The notes under the pieces were generated by a model, which searched no databases, had not been told where the DNA came from, and saw only the letters and a list, made by a program, of their open reading frames with translations. The position numbers were made by a program, and so were the translations under genes. A stretch of DNA of 64,000 nt from Squalus acanthias. Its lineage: Eukaryota. Position 1 is the first letter of the stretch. Each line of letters starts with the position of its first letter. Shown piece by piece: positions 36,630 to 49,139 of the stretch. The stretch lies in NCBI GenBank assembly GCA_030390025.1, contig CM059431.1, positions 127,722,001 to 127,786,000 on the forward strand. Direction: 5' to 3'.

Positions 36630-37522
36630 GGGGTAGAAATTAGGTCGCGCCCCATTTGGGGCGCAAATATCGTCTGGACGCAAATATTAGCGCCTGGCGC
36701 TAATTATCGGCACTGACTGGAAACTTCACTTTTACCGCCCCGGGAGGTGAGTGGAGCGCTAAAGCAGGCGCTGCACACCTGTCTTAAGGCGCAAAGGCCG
36801 AGCAGTGAGGCGCTAACTCAGAGCGCTGGCGAAGCTCATGTAATGTCAGTCAGCAATGGAACACACACACAATGGCACGGGCCAGTTCTTAAAGGGGATG
36901 GTTAATCTTGCTTTCCATCTACATCCTATTCATTGCAGCCTTGAATCTCGGCCTGGAGAGACTTGCACATCAAATGTGCTGGAAAGAACAATGGAGAGTA
37001 CCAGGCCAAGAGCTCAGAGTGCAGCTCCCACAGTCTCTGCTAAATCGATACAAGGAATGGCAAATCAAAATGAACCTGCAAAGTGCTGCTCAGTACCCAA
37101 AACTCCTTCACACAACGTTGAATCTCTCCAGAAGTCTCTCCCTCTCTCTCTCAGAATGCGTAGTTCAAAAATGCCACCAACAATAAAAGACACGAAGAGG
37201 CCCCCTTTAAATAGCGCCCCCCCCAGCCCCACAGCGATTGATAGCGTTCCAGTCTTCTGGTCGTTGCTAGCGTCAGGCGGTAAGGCAGGGGGCGCCACTC
37301 AATTTCCGCTCTGGGGCGCCACAAGGGCGTTGCACCATGAAATGACGTCACAATCTGCGCGCGCAGGTGGTCGCAGCGGTAAGTTTTAGCGCCGCCGCAC
37401 AATGTCAAGTTAAGTTCCCGAGCGGCGCAAACATCGCTGCGCCCGGGCGTTAGCGGCTTTGCGCCCCATTAGCGCCCTCTTAAGGCGCTAACGGGAGGCG
37501 CAACCAACTGAATTTTTACCCC
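36630..37522. mobile_element. Non-autonomous Harbinger-type element
   Basis: TIRs GGGGTAGAAATT / AATTTTTACCCC; CpG-rich subterminal GCGC repeats at both ends. Confidence 0.7.
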
Positions 37523-38138
37523 ATAGTGTTAAAGAAAAGAGAGACAGGAGCTACAGCAGGTGCCAAAACAACATTCCTGCAGAACAGACAGCCTAAGAAT
37601 TAATTGTATTTTTGTAGACAATAGATTCTTAGATGAAAATTGTATCACATGACTTAAGTTTAAGATAGTTAAGAGGGGTTGCTATGGATACAGAAGTACT
37701 GTGGAAGTGTACTGAGAAAAACAAGATGAAGTTACCTTGAATGAGACATAAGAGATGGGGCCTACTATCTAGCAGACTCGTGTTACACTGCTCAAGTGAT
37801 GAACTGCATGACTGGACAAAACTGGTTTGGAGATATGTGCTAGGGTTACATCGGCCGGAATCTTTACCTTGAAGTCGAGTTTTGTGCATGCAGGGCATGT
37901 AGCGGGTCGGGAACGCGATGTTGTGAGCAGCTTTTACTTAATGGCCCCAATTGAAAGACTCATGCGCGTTTCCCGGCCCAATTAAATGGAGCGGGTCTGA
38001 TGATGTCATCGATGACTAGTTTCCAGCGCTGGTATTTAAAGCAGCCTTGCACACATCTCATGGAAGGTTGATGAAGGAGTGTGCAAGGTCATTTCCAGAG
38101 GTCTGGCTACTATTACAAAGCTGATGAAAGTGTCACTC

Positions 38139-40010
38139 ATGGATACACAAAGGCAGAGGGCCGCACCAAGATTTAACGATTCATCCCTCGATGTTCTGGT
38201 GCAGGCAGTGAGAGCACGCAGGGAGGTCCTCTTCCCTGCTGATAGGCGGTAAAGATCACCCAAAGATACCAAAGGAGCATGGTTGGAGATTGCAGAGGAG
38301 GTCAGCAGCAGGGATGTGGTGAGGAGGATGTGGATCCAGTGCAGGAAAAGATTCAATGATCTCATGAGGTCAGGAAAGGTGAATGCTATGCTAAACTCAC
38401 CTTCATCCTGATGTGCCTGTCACCACATCCCCATCACTCTGCCTTCCCAAGCCTACTCCTGCACATCATTCCTCACACCAACCTACCTTGTATGTCCACC
38501 CATCCCTCTCTCTCTGTACATACTCACATCCCTATCTGACTAACCACCACTGACACTCACCCTCATCCTAATGCAATCATAGCAAGTAACACCACAGAAG
38601 GAGACCATTCGGCAATGTCATGCCACTCCGTCATAGTCACCCTCTACAGATGTAGCCCTTTCATTCCTTAAACTAATTCCTCACTCTCACTCAAAGTTCT
38701 CTTCTTTCCCTTCTTGCAGGAGAAAAGAGCCCAGTAAATAGGGAGAGACAGAGAACCGGAGGTGGCCCTCCAATATTCACTCAATTGACTCCAGCAGAGG
38801 AGGAGGCCTTGGAGATCTCTCAAGTTGCAGAGCTGCTGGCGGTGTGAGATGGAGAGAAGGGGACATCCCAGCAACCTGGTGACAGAATTACATCTCATAA
38901 AGCCACATGACATACAACAGTCACTCATATGGTGACTGATGTCAGCAGCCAGTGAATTTTCATCATGTGCACAATGGTAACGTAACCCATTCTCAATATA
39001 ACACTTCTAAATCATCTCTTTACTCTCCCACAGGTCCATCAAGTGCCCCCCCCCCACCCCCACTGTCCAGCCGGAGGAGGAAGACGATTCCTCAGAGGAG
39101 GCTCCAGCCTCTGAGGGGGCAGCGTCAGCAGACCCATGCACATCCAGCACCAGCGCAGATACACACACCTCGGTGGGTCCTGTGTGAGATAGAGTAATGT
39201 TATCACCTGGTGTCTCACACTGCACAAGTGAGCAAGAGCAGATGGTATTGACAGGGACAACAGTGCAGACTTCTCGCCAGAGGGCACAGGATGCTCCAAG
39301 CTCTGCTGAGCTCATGCAGACGCTGAGCCTCGAAGGCCATTGAGAAAGAGGGTAATCTTGGAGGGGCAGCAATAATTGCATGAGGCTCTGGCAGTTTTGC
39401 AGCTGCGATGTCTGCAAATGTGCAGAGAATGGAGGAGTCCATCTCCAACATGAGCACTGCCATGTCTCAGGCGATGGCAACGATATTCTGTTCCATGGAA
39501 AGGACGGCCACCTACGTGGAGCAGCAAATGCGCCAGTCACAAGAGCACATGCTAGATGTGGACAACAGATGGCAGATGCTCATAGACCTCCTCTCTAGGA
39601 GGGAAATAAACATAGACGTGGGCATTTATTGCCCCACTGCTGTACTGCAAGGTGCTCTCCAGCTCCTTGCTAGCAGGGAAGTGCGAGTGGCCCATGAAAG
39701 GGATGATGCTAAGAGGAGGCATGGAAGTGGGGGCTCTTCTCAAAGCGCTCCTACTTCTCCCCCATTGCCTCCCCCTTAGTCAGAGGCCCACATGCTTCCT
39801 TGGATCCCGATGGCCGAGTCTGCCCCTCCACAGGTGCAGGAGGAGCCGTCTTTGGCGGGGCCCTCACAGGCTCCAAAACCCAGAGGACGTCCACCAAAAG
39901 TGTCTAAACAGTCGCAGCAAGGAAATGAGCAGCCTGCCTCTACCTCTGCTGAAGCCACAGGGGTTGCACCTCGTCGAAGCACTCGGAAAAGAAAAAAGAC
40001 ACAATCGTAG
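38139..40010 (+). pseudogene. Harbinger Myb/SANT-like gene (exons approx. 38139-38378, 38720-38878, 39034-40010), disrupted
   Basis: APRFNDSSLDVLVQAV..AWLEIAEEV..WIQCRKRFNDL; GT-AG introns at the same positions as in copy A; ends RRSTRKRKK. Confidence 0.8.
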
Positions 40011-40308
40011 ATGCACAAGTATATGCACATGAGTGTATGAACAACTGTTAGTGTTAAGATTCAGTTATTTTTATGACACAGATAAATGTTTTTGTTTGCA
40101 CCACTTTCCGGTCTTGTCCATTTTTGCCTCAAACATTGGAAGTGGCTTTGTCACTTGGAGTGAATGGTGAGACATTAACCTCGAGCAATGGGGGTTTGTG
40201 TGACAGGAATGGCTTGGTCATTGTAGGGATGCTTTATGGCGTTGTTGGTGAGGGGTGGGGAGATACATAGTACAGCATGTGTCAGCCATATCGATGCATT
40301 GGAGCAAG

Positions 40309-41546
40309 TTAAGCAAATCTGGCCATGATGAGGGCATCCCTGGCCTCACGGGCAGCAATGTGCACTGCTGCTGGTGCTATCTCCACCTTAGGTTCCTCCT
40401 CCTCATCTTCTACCTGCTCCTCCTCCTCCTTGTCCTCCCCTGAAGAGGCTGTCCACTCTGCGCCTTTCTCCTCCTGCAACTCCAATTCTCGCTGCTGTGC
40501 TATGTTGTGCAGCGCGCAGCAAACAGCGATGATTTGGGAGACCCTGGCTGGTGTGTACTGAAGGGCTCCTCCAGATCTGTCAAGGCATCTGAAGCGCATC
40601 TTCAGCATGCTTATTGCTTGCTGTATGACACATCTGGTGGACATGTGGCTCTCATTATAATGCTCCTGGGTCTCAGTACTTGGCGTCCTCAAGAGCGTAA
40701 CGAGCCATGTCATCAGTGAATAGCCCTTGTCTCCAAGCAGCCAGCCGGTAAGTCTATCTGGAGGTGTGAAGAGCTGAGGGAGGGTGGACTGGCACAGCAT
40801 GAAAGAGCCATGACAGCTGCCAGGGAATCTGGCGCACACATGCATGATGATCTTTTTATGGTTGCAGATGAGCTGCACATTGAGGGAGTGGAAGCCCTTG
40901 CAGTTCACAAACACTCCTGGGTGATGAGGGGGTGCCTTGATGGCTGCATGTGTGCAGTCAAGGATGCCTTGCACCTGTGGGAAACCAACCAGAGCTGCAA
41001 AGCCAAATGCTCACTCAGTAACACTGCCTTCATCAGTGCCAAGGTTGACATAATTGGCTGACTTGTGAAACATGGCATCGGTCACCTGGGTGATGCATCT
41101 GTGGGCGGCCAATTCAAGATCCCACAAATGTCTGCTGCAGATCCCTGGAAGGAGCCTGAGGCGAAGAAGTTGAGGGTGGTGCTGACTTTGACAGTCACTG
41201 GTAAGGTGTGTCCACCAGGTCCTCTGGGCAGCAGGTTTTGTTCCAGCAAGCTACAAATGTCTGCGACAACCTGGCGTGATTACCTGAGCCTCCGGAAGCA
41301 CTGTTGCTCAGTCAAGTTTCGAAAGCTCATCCTCTGCCTGTATACCCTGTGTTGGGGGTATCGCCTCCGGTGCGGTCCCGCCCTGTGGTGCCCCCCTCTC
41401 TCCTGTGGAGCATCAGGTCGTTGAGGAGAAGGCTGCTGGTGTGGTTGCTGCTGCTGGTGTGGTTGCTGCTGCTGGTGTTGTTGGTGCTGGGGCTCATCTT
41501 GATCTGATTCCAAGGTCCAAGGTGAGAGAGCATAAGCGGCACCCAT
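40309..41546 (-). pseudogene. Harbinger (HARBI1-like) transposase, disrupted
   Basis: [42 protein letters not shown]-rich N-terminus. Confidence 0.9.
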
Positions 41547-42139
41547 GCTGATGTAATAGATGGCAGGTAAAGTGGAGATCAGAGGCCCAATCCCTCAATG
41601 TTGTGATAGTGACTAGCAAAGTGGTGAGAGTGACTTCCGAGGTTGCAGAAATGACCTGCAAACTGCTGACAGTTAAAACTCTGCACAAAATGGAGTCAGC
41701 AAGAGCCTTTCCATTAGCCAAGTAATCAGGTGTAATGTGGGAGTATTTATGTGTTTTTGCCAGCTCACAGTTAATGGACTCGCACAATGGCCACTGAGCT
41801 TCCGCCTCCCCTTCACAGCCGAGGTTCCTAAGGTGCGTGATACCCGCGTTCCTGAAGTTAAAGCCAAAACCCTCTGTTGAAAACCCTCTTAATGGTTTCT
41901 CAACAAGCAGTTAATTACTTGAATGAGGTTGCCCGCCTCTCCCGATCGGGTCCGTGACGCGCCTCCAAACACACCCAAGTTAAATGCAGAAGTCGGCGGG
42001 ATGATGGCGGGTTCCCGACGCGCTGGCAATTTCAGTGATTTTTTTACTGCCGACCCGCCCCCAAACCCGCACGCTCGGCAAAGGGAAAATTCCGGCCATC
42101 ATCTTTTATGATCAAAAGTAGGTGTTTTATAGAAAAACA

Positions 42140-44800
42140 TGTAAATATAGAAGGCAATGTATTTCAGTGGGATACTTCTGATCAGCAACAGCCTGGACTG
42201 GTAATGCTTCTGATTCCCAATGGTATTCCACTTTTGAGTGTAATAGACATATTCAGTTACTTGTAATCATGTATATGTTCTATAAATCTTGATAGTTAAC
42301 TTGTCTGTAGTGTCTAAGCAGTTATCAGGACTGGACTGGAAATCCTTACATGGTAACAGTTCACCACACAGTATAATGAATGAATGGTAGTCTGCAAGAT
42401 GTATTAAATGTGAATCAATTTTATTCAGTTCAGTAGTGGTAGGGATGTACAAGTGTCTTGCTGCCACACTTGCCCCTTTTGTGTTGTATCTTCTCCATCT
42501 TGGTTGTGGATGTGCCCTGATAAATACTTTCTTAGTTCAAGTGATGGCGTATCACTACATTGCAATTGTTCAACTACAAATAACACAGAAGGCTTATTAC
42601 CTACATCTGTGACTAAAGTTGAAGCAGGATCTCAGCTGCTGCAGTTGCTGTAAGCATCCTTGCATTGTTCCATTGCCAAGGTTACCAGCGCTCACAAGGC
42701 CCTTACCTTTACTCTGTTGGTATCAGTCATTTTTACCAAATGTAGTGTGCCCCATAACCACAATAACAAATGTAGTGACATTAGCCCCACTTAGGTGGCT
42801 CATAAGCTGCATGACATCTGTTAAAGGATCATTATTGCAGCTGCTCAAAGATTGGCTGATATTTTTTATTGTCCTAATGTAATAATATTTTCTTAAACTC
42901 CTTATTTCAAAGATGTTTGTCCTTATGATTTTGTTAATCATTTGTTAATTTTAAAGAACAACAGACATATCTCAAGTTGTTCATGAAAAGAAGAATATTG
43001 GACACTATGGATTGGATTTTAACTTTGTGACAGTGGGGTGGGGAGGTGGGGCAGGTCCAATAGCGCGCAGGAAACCCGGAAGTAATTGCAGCATGCCTGT
43101 CAGTGGCTTTTTCACCCAGTCACTGAATTATCATATCATTTCCAGCTATTCTGTCCAAAGGCTTCGCCTTGTCTTAGTGACGCCTCCCTGGATGTGCTGT
43201 GGGGGCTGTAAGGGCCCACAGCAAGATACTCTTCCCCATTGATGGGAGGAAGAAGCCTGCAGGTGAATCAAAGAAGGCGTGGCTGGAGGTTACCCATGAG
43301 GTCAGCAGTAGGAACGTGGTGCCACGCTGGTGGATTCAATACCGAAAGCGGTTTAATGACCTAAGCAGGTCAGGAAAGGTAAGTACAGTGGCACATTCAC
43401 CTACATCCTGATGTGGTTATCATCTCAACCCCCTCACTTTTAGCCTCTGAGGTGGATCAATGCTGGTTTATGCCGATCATCTCCAACAGCTCGAGGGACG
43501 AATCAACAGAAGTGACTGCTGTTACTGGCTGCAGAGACTCGTTGACCCGAGACCTCCACGCTGTCTCACCAGACATCTAACCAACCGTCCGTCCGGTCGT
43601 GGCATTCCGCTTTGGGAGTCGGAGATCACTCTCTACTGTCACGGGTTGTATGTCTATTATACTCAGCTTAAACCACATGTAATATCTGATTATGCTTTAA
43701 AACTGTAGCTCTTTAATAAAAAAGCCTTACAACTCCTAAGACCTTTTGGGTAATCTGTGTGTGACCTGTGATCCTAATCTTACACTAATGATCACTTAAA
43801 GCATTCGTACCTTGATAGTTCTAATTAATGTTGTTAATCTCCCACAGGGCCTTCAAGCATCCTGCAGGAGGTGGTCTGGATGGAAGATGACGACGACTCC
43901 TCAGAGCAGGCCACTCCCTTTGAGGGTGCACCATCACAGGACTCATGCTGACCATCTGCCAGCTCAGACACTCACACTTCGGTGAGACCGGTAAGGCAGA
44001 TAGTTGGGTTTTCACCTGGTGACTCACACATCACAAGTGAGCAGGGGCAGATGGTGGAGTCAGGGACAGCATTGGAGAGCCCACGTCGGAGGCCACAGGA
44101 TGCTCCAATCTCTGCTCAGCTGGACGCAGATGCTGTACCTTGGAGGCCATCGACGTACAGGATACTTCTGGAGCAGCAGCAGAGAATGTGCGATGTACTG
44201 GCAGGCGTTCCAGCCGCACTGTGCATGCTTGCAGACAGATTGGAGGAGTCCGTCTCAAGCATGAGTGGCATGATGTCGCTGGCCTTTGTGATGATGTCTT
44301 CGTCTATGGAATAGTGTCTACAATAATGCATATCAAAAGAAATGAACTTGAAGAGCTAGCAGCTAAAATCTGAATGGGAAAATGCCAAGAGGAACTTTGG
44401 TAATTTGATGTAAAGTAGGAAGGTCATGAGCTGCAGGATGAAAGTGTAAATAGTCAGATGATGTCAAATCAAAAGCTTAGAAGCCATCAACATGGGTCTT
44501 GATGCTTAGCAAATTTAGTTTGTCACTCTTTTAGCAAACACAGACATTTCCTATTAAGGCAAAGGTGGCATGTAAGAGTAGATTCTGTCCTTTCGTCATG
44601 GAGCTTTGCTCACCAGGATTGGAAATATTAGGAATTAGGAATACTGGAGGTCAGCTCCAAGAGAATTTTCCATAAATGAAGCTCTGCACTGGGAAAGATA
44701 ATTTGTACCCAAAAGACGCTTTGCTACCATTAATGACCCTTTGGCTAATATCTTGCCAAATCTTCTTTTTCCTTCCTTTGTAGTTGAGAGAGGAACTTTA
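42140..44800 (-). pseudogene. Ancient Penelope-like RT remnant (two pieces, approx. 44310-44800 and 42140-42950) split by Harbinger fragment D
   Basis: Ordered degenerate motifs ILAKG, GNVCV, LPTLHQITKVPLGIFPFR, TTFGKND*YQQSKG, AFCVI resemble PLE RT motifs (LAKGL, ADKGN, LYGLPKIHK..RP, YF....YQQ..G, YVDDTF). Confidence 0.4.
43009..44311 (+). mobile_element. Truncated Harbinger fragment D (Myb/SANT gene remnant)
   Basis: AWLEVTHEVSSRNVVPRWWIQYRKRFNDL then a GTAAGT donor; exon-3-like SPGDSHITSEQGQMVESGT after CCACAG; no right TIR. Confidence 0.75.
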
Positions 44801-44864
44801 TGAGGATAGTTATTCTACACTGTGCTCTTCACACCAGAGCTGAAATCTCATTATAAGATGACTG

Positions 44865-45222
44865 CTTCCCTTACCCTTTCAGCATTCCAAGGGACCATTC
44901 CCTCCGCGACATCCCAGTCCACTCTATCATCACCTCCAACACCCGCTTCCCTTCCCATGGCACCTTCCCGTGCAAGCGCAGGAGATGTAACACCTGCCCT
45001 TTTACTTCCTCCCTTCACAACATCCATGTGCCGTATGCACTCCTTCCAGGTGAAACAGCGATTTACTTGAACTTCTTTCAATTTAGCATAGTGTATTCGC
45101 TGCTCACGATGCGGTCTCCTCTACATTAGGGAGATTAAACACAGATTGAGTGACCTGTTGAGTATTTCCAGCATTTTCTGTTTTGATTTCAGATTTCCGG
45201 CATCCGCAGTATTTTGCTTTTG
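44865..45222 (+). mobile_element. Internally deleted Penelope-like fragment
   Basis: Homologous to 26150-26430, joined directly to the tail GAGTATTTCCAGCATTTTCTG...GCATCCGCAGTATTTTGC. Confidence 0.8.
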
Positions 45223-45667
45223 TCTCCTGGTACAATGTCTTTGGTCAGTGGGAATGTGGATCGGTGTCTGTGTATGGGTTAGTGAGTCCTATTCATGGCA
45301 ATCCTGATTTTCTCCTCTAATCTCACAAAATTAACCTTTATAATCCAAGTACAATACCAATTGGATGTCAGTGTAGGACCTGGTATTTGCATAATTTCAA
45401 TTTCCAGTGGATCTTATAAACTTGCCAAGTCTTGAAATCTGAATAAATCGCAACATAAGTAAATCCTACTGAGTACAGAGGGATAAATACTGACATTTCA
45501 TTTCCAGGACTGAAGGTCAAACCAAACCAGAATGATGAGATGAAAATTTCCTCCACTTGTTCAATGTAATGATCCTGTATGAAATTAATTGCAATCTAGT
45601 TGCAATCTAGGGCTATATTTCCCAGTTCTAATGCTGAGGCACCTGGACTGGTGTACTGCAGACCATG

Positions 45668-45842
45668 GGAGTAGTTTTAACCTGACCTACCCAGCCAGAA
45701 ACTGACGTGATCAGATTGACTTCCCATTTAACACCACTGCCGATTTTACTTTTCATTGACGTCAATGGAAAGTAAAATCAAACAGGGTGTAAAACGGGTG
45801 GTCGAGCCGATTCTGCCAGCTTCTTGATAGATAAGCCTGGGA
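45668..45842. mobile_element. Short hairpin MITE
   Basis: Central palindrome GATTTTACTTTTCATTGACGTCAATGGAAAGTAAAATC; similar to 61095-61282. Confidence 0.5.
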
Positions 45843-46252
45843 CTGAAGGTACAGCCTTCATGAGCAAGAGCGGGTAAGGATAGTGCACCTGTGGTGCAGT
45901 TGAACTTACTTTGCATCCTTCCTTTCAGCCTTTTGTAAAAGACACAAAAATACTCAAAGGAATTCCCATATTCTGTTAATTGGAGCAAACAAAATTGTTG
46001 CTTCTAAAAAATCCAACAAAGAATGCAAAAAACAAACAGGTAAATTAAACAGCTCTTGGAAATTCACTGTTGAAGCCCACTTTTGGAAATAGGCACAGGA
46101 AAAAATCCAATTGGTCCGCATAAGTAGTCAAATGGTAACGGCCGCAGCTGGAGTAATCCCCATCACCCATTTCGTATGAGCAAAGTAAGTGCACAGTGCA
46201 TACCCCCACTATAAAGTCAAGAAATGATGTTTCCCCCCCATTTACTGACATT

Positions 46253-47095
46253 CTTCTTCTCATCTTAGGCAGTCCCTCGGAACTGAGGATGACTTGCTTC
46301 CACACTAAAAATGAGTTCTCAGGTGACTGATGAGTCCAATGCGGGACCGACAGTCTCTGTCACAGGTGGGGCAGACGGTGGTTGAAGGGGCGGGTAGGTG
46401 GGGTGCTTGGGTTGACGTGCGATCCTTCCGCTGTTTGCGCTTGGCTTCTGCTTACTCCCTGCGAAGAGACTCAAGGTGTTCGGCGCCTTCCCGGATGCTT
46501 CTCCTCCACATTGTGTGGTCTTGGGCCAGGGATTCCCAAGTGTCGTTGGGGATGTTGCACTTTTTCAAGGAGGCTTTGAGGGTGTCTTTGAAGTGTTTCC
46601 TCTGCCCACCTGGGGCTCTCTTGCCGTGTCGGAGCTTCGAGTAGAGCGCTTGTTTTGGGAGTCTCGTATCGGGCATGCGGACGATGTGGCCCGTCCATTG
46701 GAGCTGATCGAGCATGGTCAGAGTTTCGATGCTGGGGATGTTGGCCTGAGCGAGAACACGGACGTTGGTGCGCCTATCCTGCCAATGGATTTGCAGGATC
46801 TTGCGGCGGCAGCAGTGGACCACTTTCCATACCTCAGGAGCCTACTGTCAACAAGGGCAGACGTCGATGACGAAGTCCAACACCGCCTTCAGTGTGCCAG
46901 TGCAGCCTTCGGTCGCCTGAGGAAGAGAGTGTTTGAAGACCAGGACCTCAAACCCGGCACTAAGCTCATGGTCTACAGAGCAGCAGTGATACCCGCCCTG
47001 CTGTATGCCTCAGAGACATGGACCATGTACAGCAGGCAGCTCAAAGCACTGGAGAGGTACCGCCAATGCTGCCTCCGCAGGATCCTGCAAATCCA
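46253..47095 (-). mobile_element. RTE (BovB-like) LINE 3' end with inverted 5' segment
   Basis: Minus part ILQIHWQDRRTN..RLPKQALY..FKDTLKASLK with (GAA)n tail; plus part VDHFPYL..LLYASETWT..CCLRRILQIH; TSD TTACTGACATT at 46242-46252 and 47096-47106. Confidence 0.88.
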
Positions 47096-48091
47096 TTACT
47101 GACATTACCATGCACTTAACTATTGAAATGAAACGCGTGCACATTTTGTATGAGAGCACTTTAAGCAAGCTATGCAAAAATTAGAGGAATATAGATCTCC
47201 ATCTAATTTCTTGATCCCTGCTCGGCAACAGTGTTACTCATCATGTGGAATGTAATCTTAACCCTCTAGTCTCTAGTCGACATTAGACTGCAATAAAACA
47301 AAATTTGGTACTAAATTGACAACCTTATTCAGAAAGACCACAAGGATGAATGGAGTAGAGAATGGAACAGAAAGTGTTGTATATCTGAGGTTGGGGTGAA
47401 AGCACATTGCGTAGAGGGAGCTTTATTCTGCACCTAATTGTGCTTTGCCTGACTACAGACTACTTGATGGTAAAATGGGAAATTTTCCATTCCCCTGCAA
47501 TATCATTCAAGTTGATGAACACAATATTCAGAAAATAAGATGCTATAAACTAAAAAACTAAGAAAGTCCCACCTTTGGGGTAAGATTAATTTTGGGACCA
47601 ATTTGGAGGCAACATGAAGTTCAGTATCAGCAGATTCACCTACCTAATGAGCTGTCCCAGGCAATCATTTCAGATTGCATATTTGCAACAAAGGCCATTA
47701 TTTTACATCGGATATTATATAGATCTGCTTCAGCTGTGTCCCTTAGCACAGCAGCAAAATAAATGACCTCATTTGTAAGAGAGAAACTGCTGTTGAAAGT
47801 AAGGCAAACAAACAATTTCCTCTTATAGAATCCCACTCACATAGTACATTCCAGAGCACTTTGTGGGAGGAACAGTAGACATCGAACAGGGAATACAGGA
47901 GAAGTTATAGAGATGACCATTTCACGGTTGGAGGATGCTTTTTAAGGAGGGAAGAGAGGGAATATGGGGAATACGCCTACGAAGAGGAGTCTAGAATTCA
48001 AATGCAGTGGTTGAAAGCTCTGTCACTAATGGTGGAACAGAAGGGTGGGGAGAACATCCAAGTGACAAGGTTAGGGTTTGCTTTAAATAAT

Positions 48092-48783
48092 GGGCCATAT
48101 TATGTTGTAGAAATAACAGTGAGGCCAACAGGGCTCACCGTTATTAAAGTGTAAATCGGACAACTTCCTGTGACCATACATGCGCAGTTAAACGCGAAAA
48201 TCGGGAAGTCCTTGTCCTAGTTGCCCTACTCCTCTAGAAACTGTGCTATCTCACTGAGAGACTCGGCATTGAAATACGTGGAAGGACATGAAGTTGCGGT
48301 ACTTACCCACTAGATATCCACTAAACTCGCCAGGAAATGTTAGCACTTGTCCATTCGAGTGTAAGTAGATCTTTAACAGCATGATTAGTGTTAATTACTG
48401 CCAAACAAACTCTCTGGGTCAGGACATTAACTTTTACAAGTGTGCAATCTCATTCCTTCAGATTTTAATTACTGTTGGAGATTTAAAAAAATAAGAAAGT
48501 TTAAATATTTTTTTTTATTTTTTTCTTTCTGTCTCTTATCTCTCTCTCTCTTAATCCTATCTTTCTTCCCTCTCTATTTCACTTTCTGTAGATTTTTTGG
48601 CATTGAATTAACTACTCTAATTGATACTTCCTGATTCAGACTCTGTGCTGCTCATTAACGATTCTGCAGAGGGTGCTGAGCTAAAATGGCTCTTTAATTA
48701 CAGTAAGTTCCAGTGCAAAATCCCATAGAAAGTCTGTGGGCAAGTGGCGCCTTTCAGTTGCTGCTGAGAACAAAATCTGGCTC
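48092..48783. mobile_element. Harbinger-type MITE (family 1)
   Basis: Colinear with 481-1174; termini GGGCCATATTATG / CAAAATCTGGCTC. Confidence 0.6.
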
Positions 48784-49139
48784 ATTCTTTCTGGTACAGT
48801 AGAGCTGGTTACTCCCCTAAATGGACCAAGCATGTTACGCTTAAGGGTATTCCCATTTTGTCTAATATATAACTATGTGATCCAAGGGGTGGGCTGGGGG
48901 GTGTAGGGGGTGGTGGAGTAACAGTCGTGTCTGAACTGGATATTGTGTCTTTTACATGTGTCCTCATGTGTGCTTCTCCATACTTTTTGAAGGCCGACTA
49001 AGAAACTAACAGTAAGATGTGGCCACATACAAATGGGTAAACTTCTTTATTTTACAAACAGTAAGTGAACTACAGAGTAATAAAGCAAATTCCATTTAGT
49101 TAGCTTAATCTCACTTTTCATCATGAAACCATGCATTGA

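Larger units (their letters stand above)
37853..42097. mobile_element. Harbinger/PIF DNA transposon copy C (diverged subfamily)
   Basis: TIRs GGCCGGAAT / ATTCCGGCC; perfect TSD ATC; same two-gene layout as copy A. Confidence 0.9.

Noticed and set aside
36856..37389. 177-aa ORF
   Set aside because: Lies in a GC-rich non-autonomous element; no recognisable domain.
45368..45576. Minus-strand open frame with a CATACAG acceptor
   Set aside because: Peptide unrecognisable, donor weak, and phase incompatible with the 47.7-kb candidate exon.
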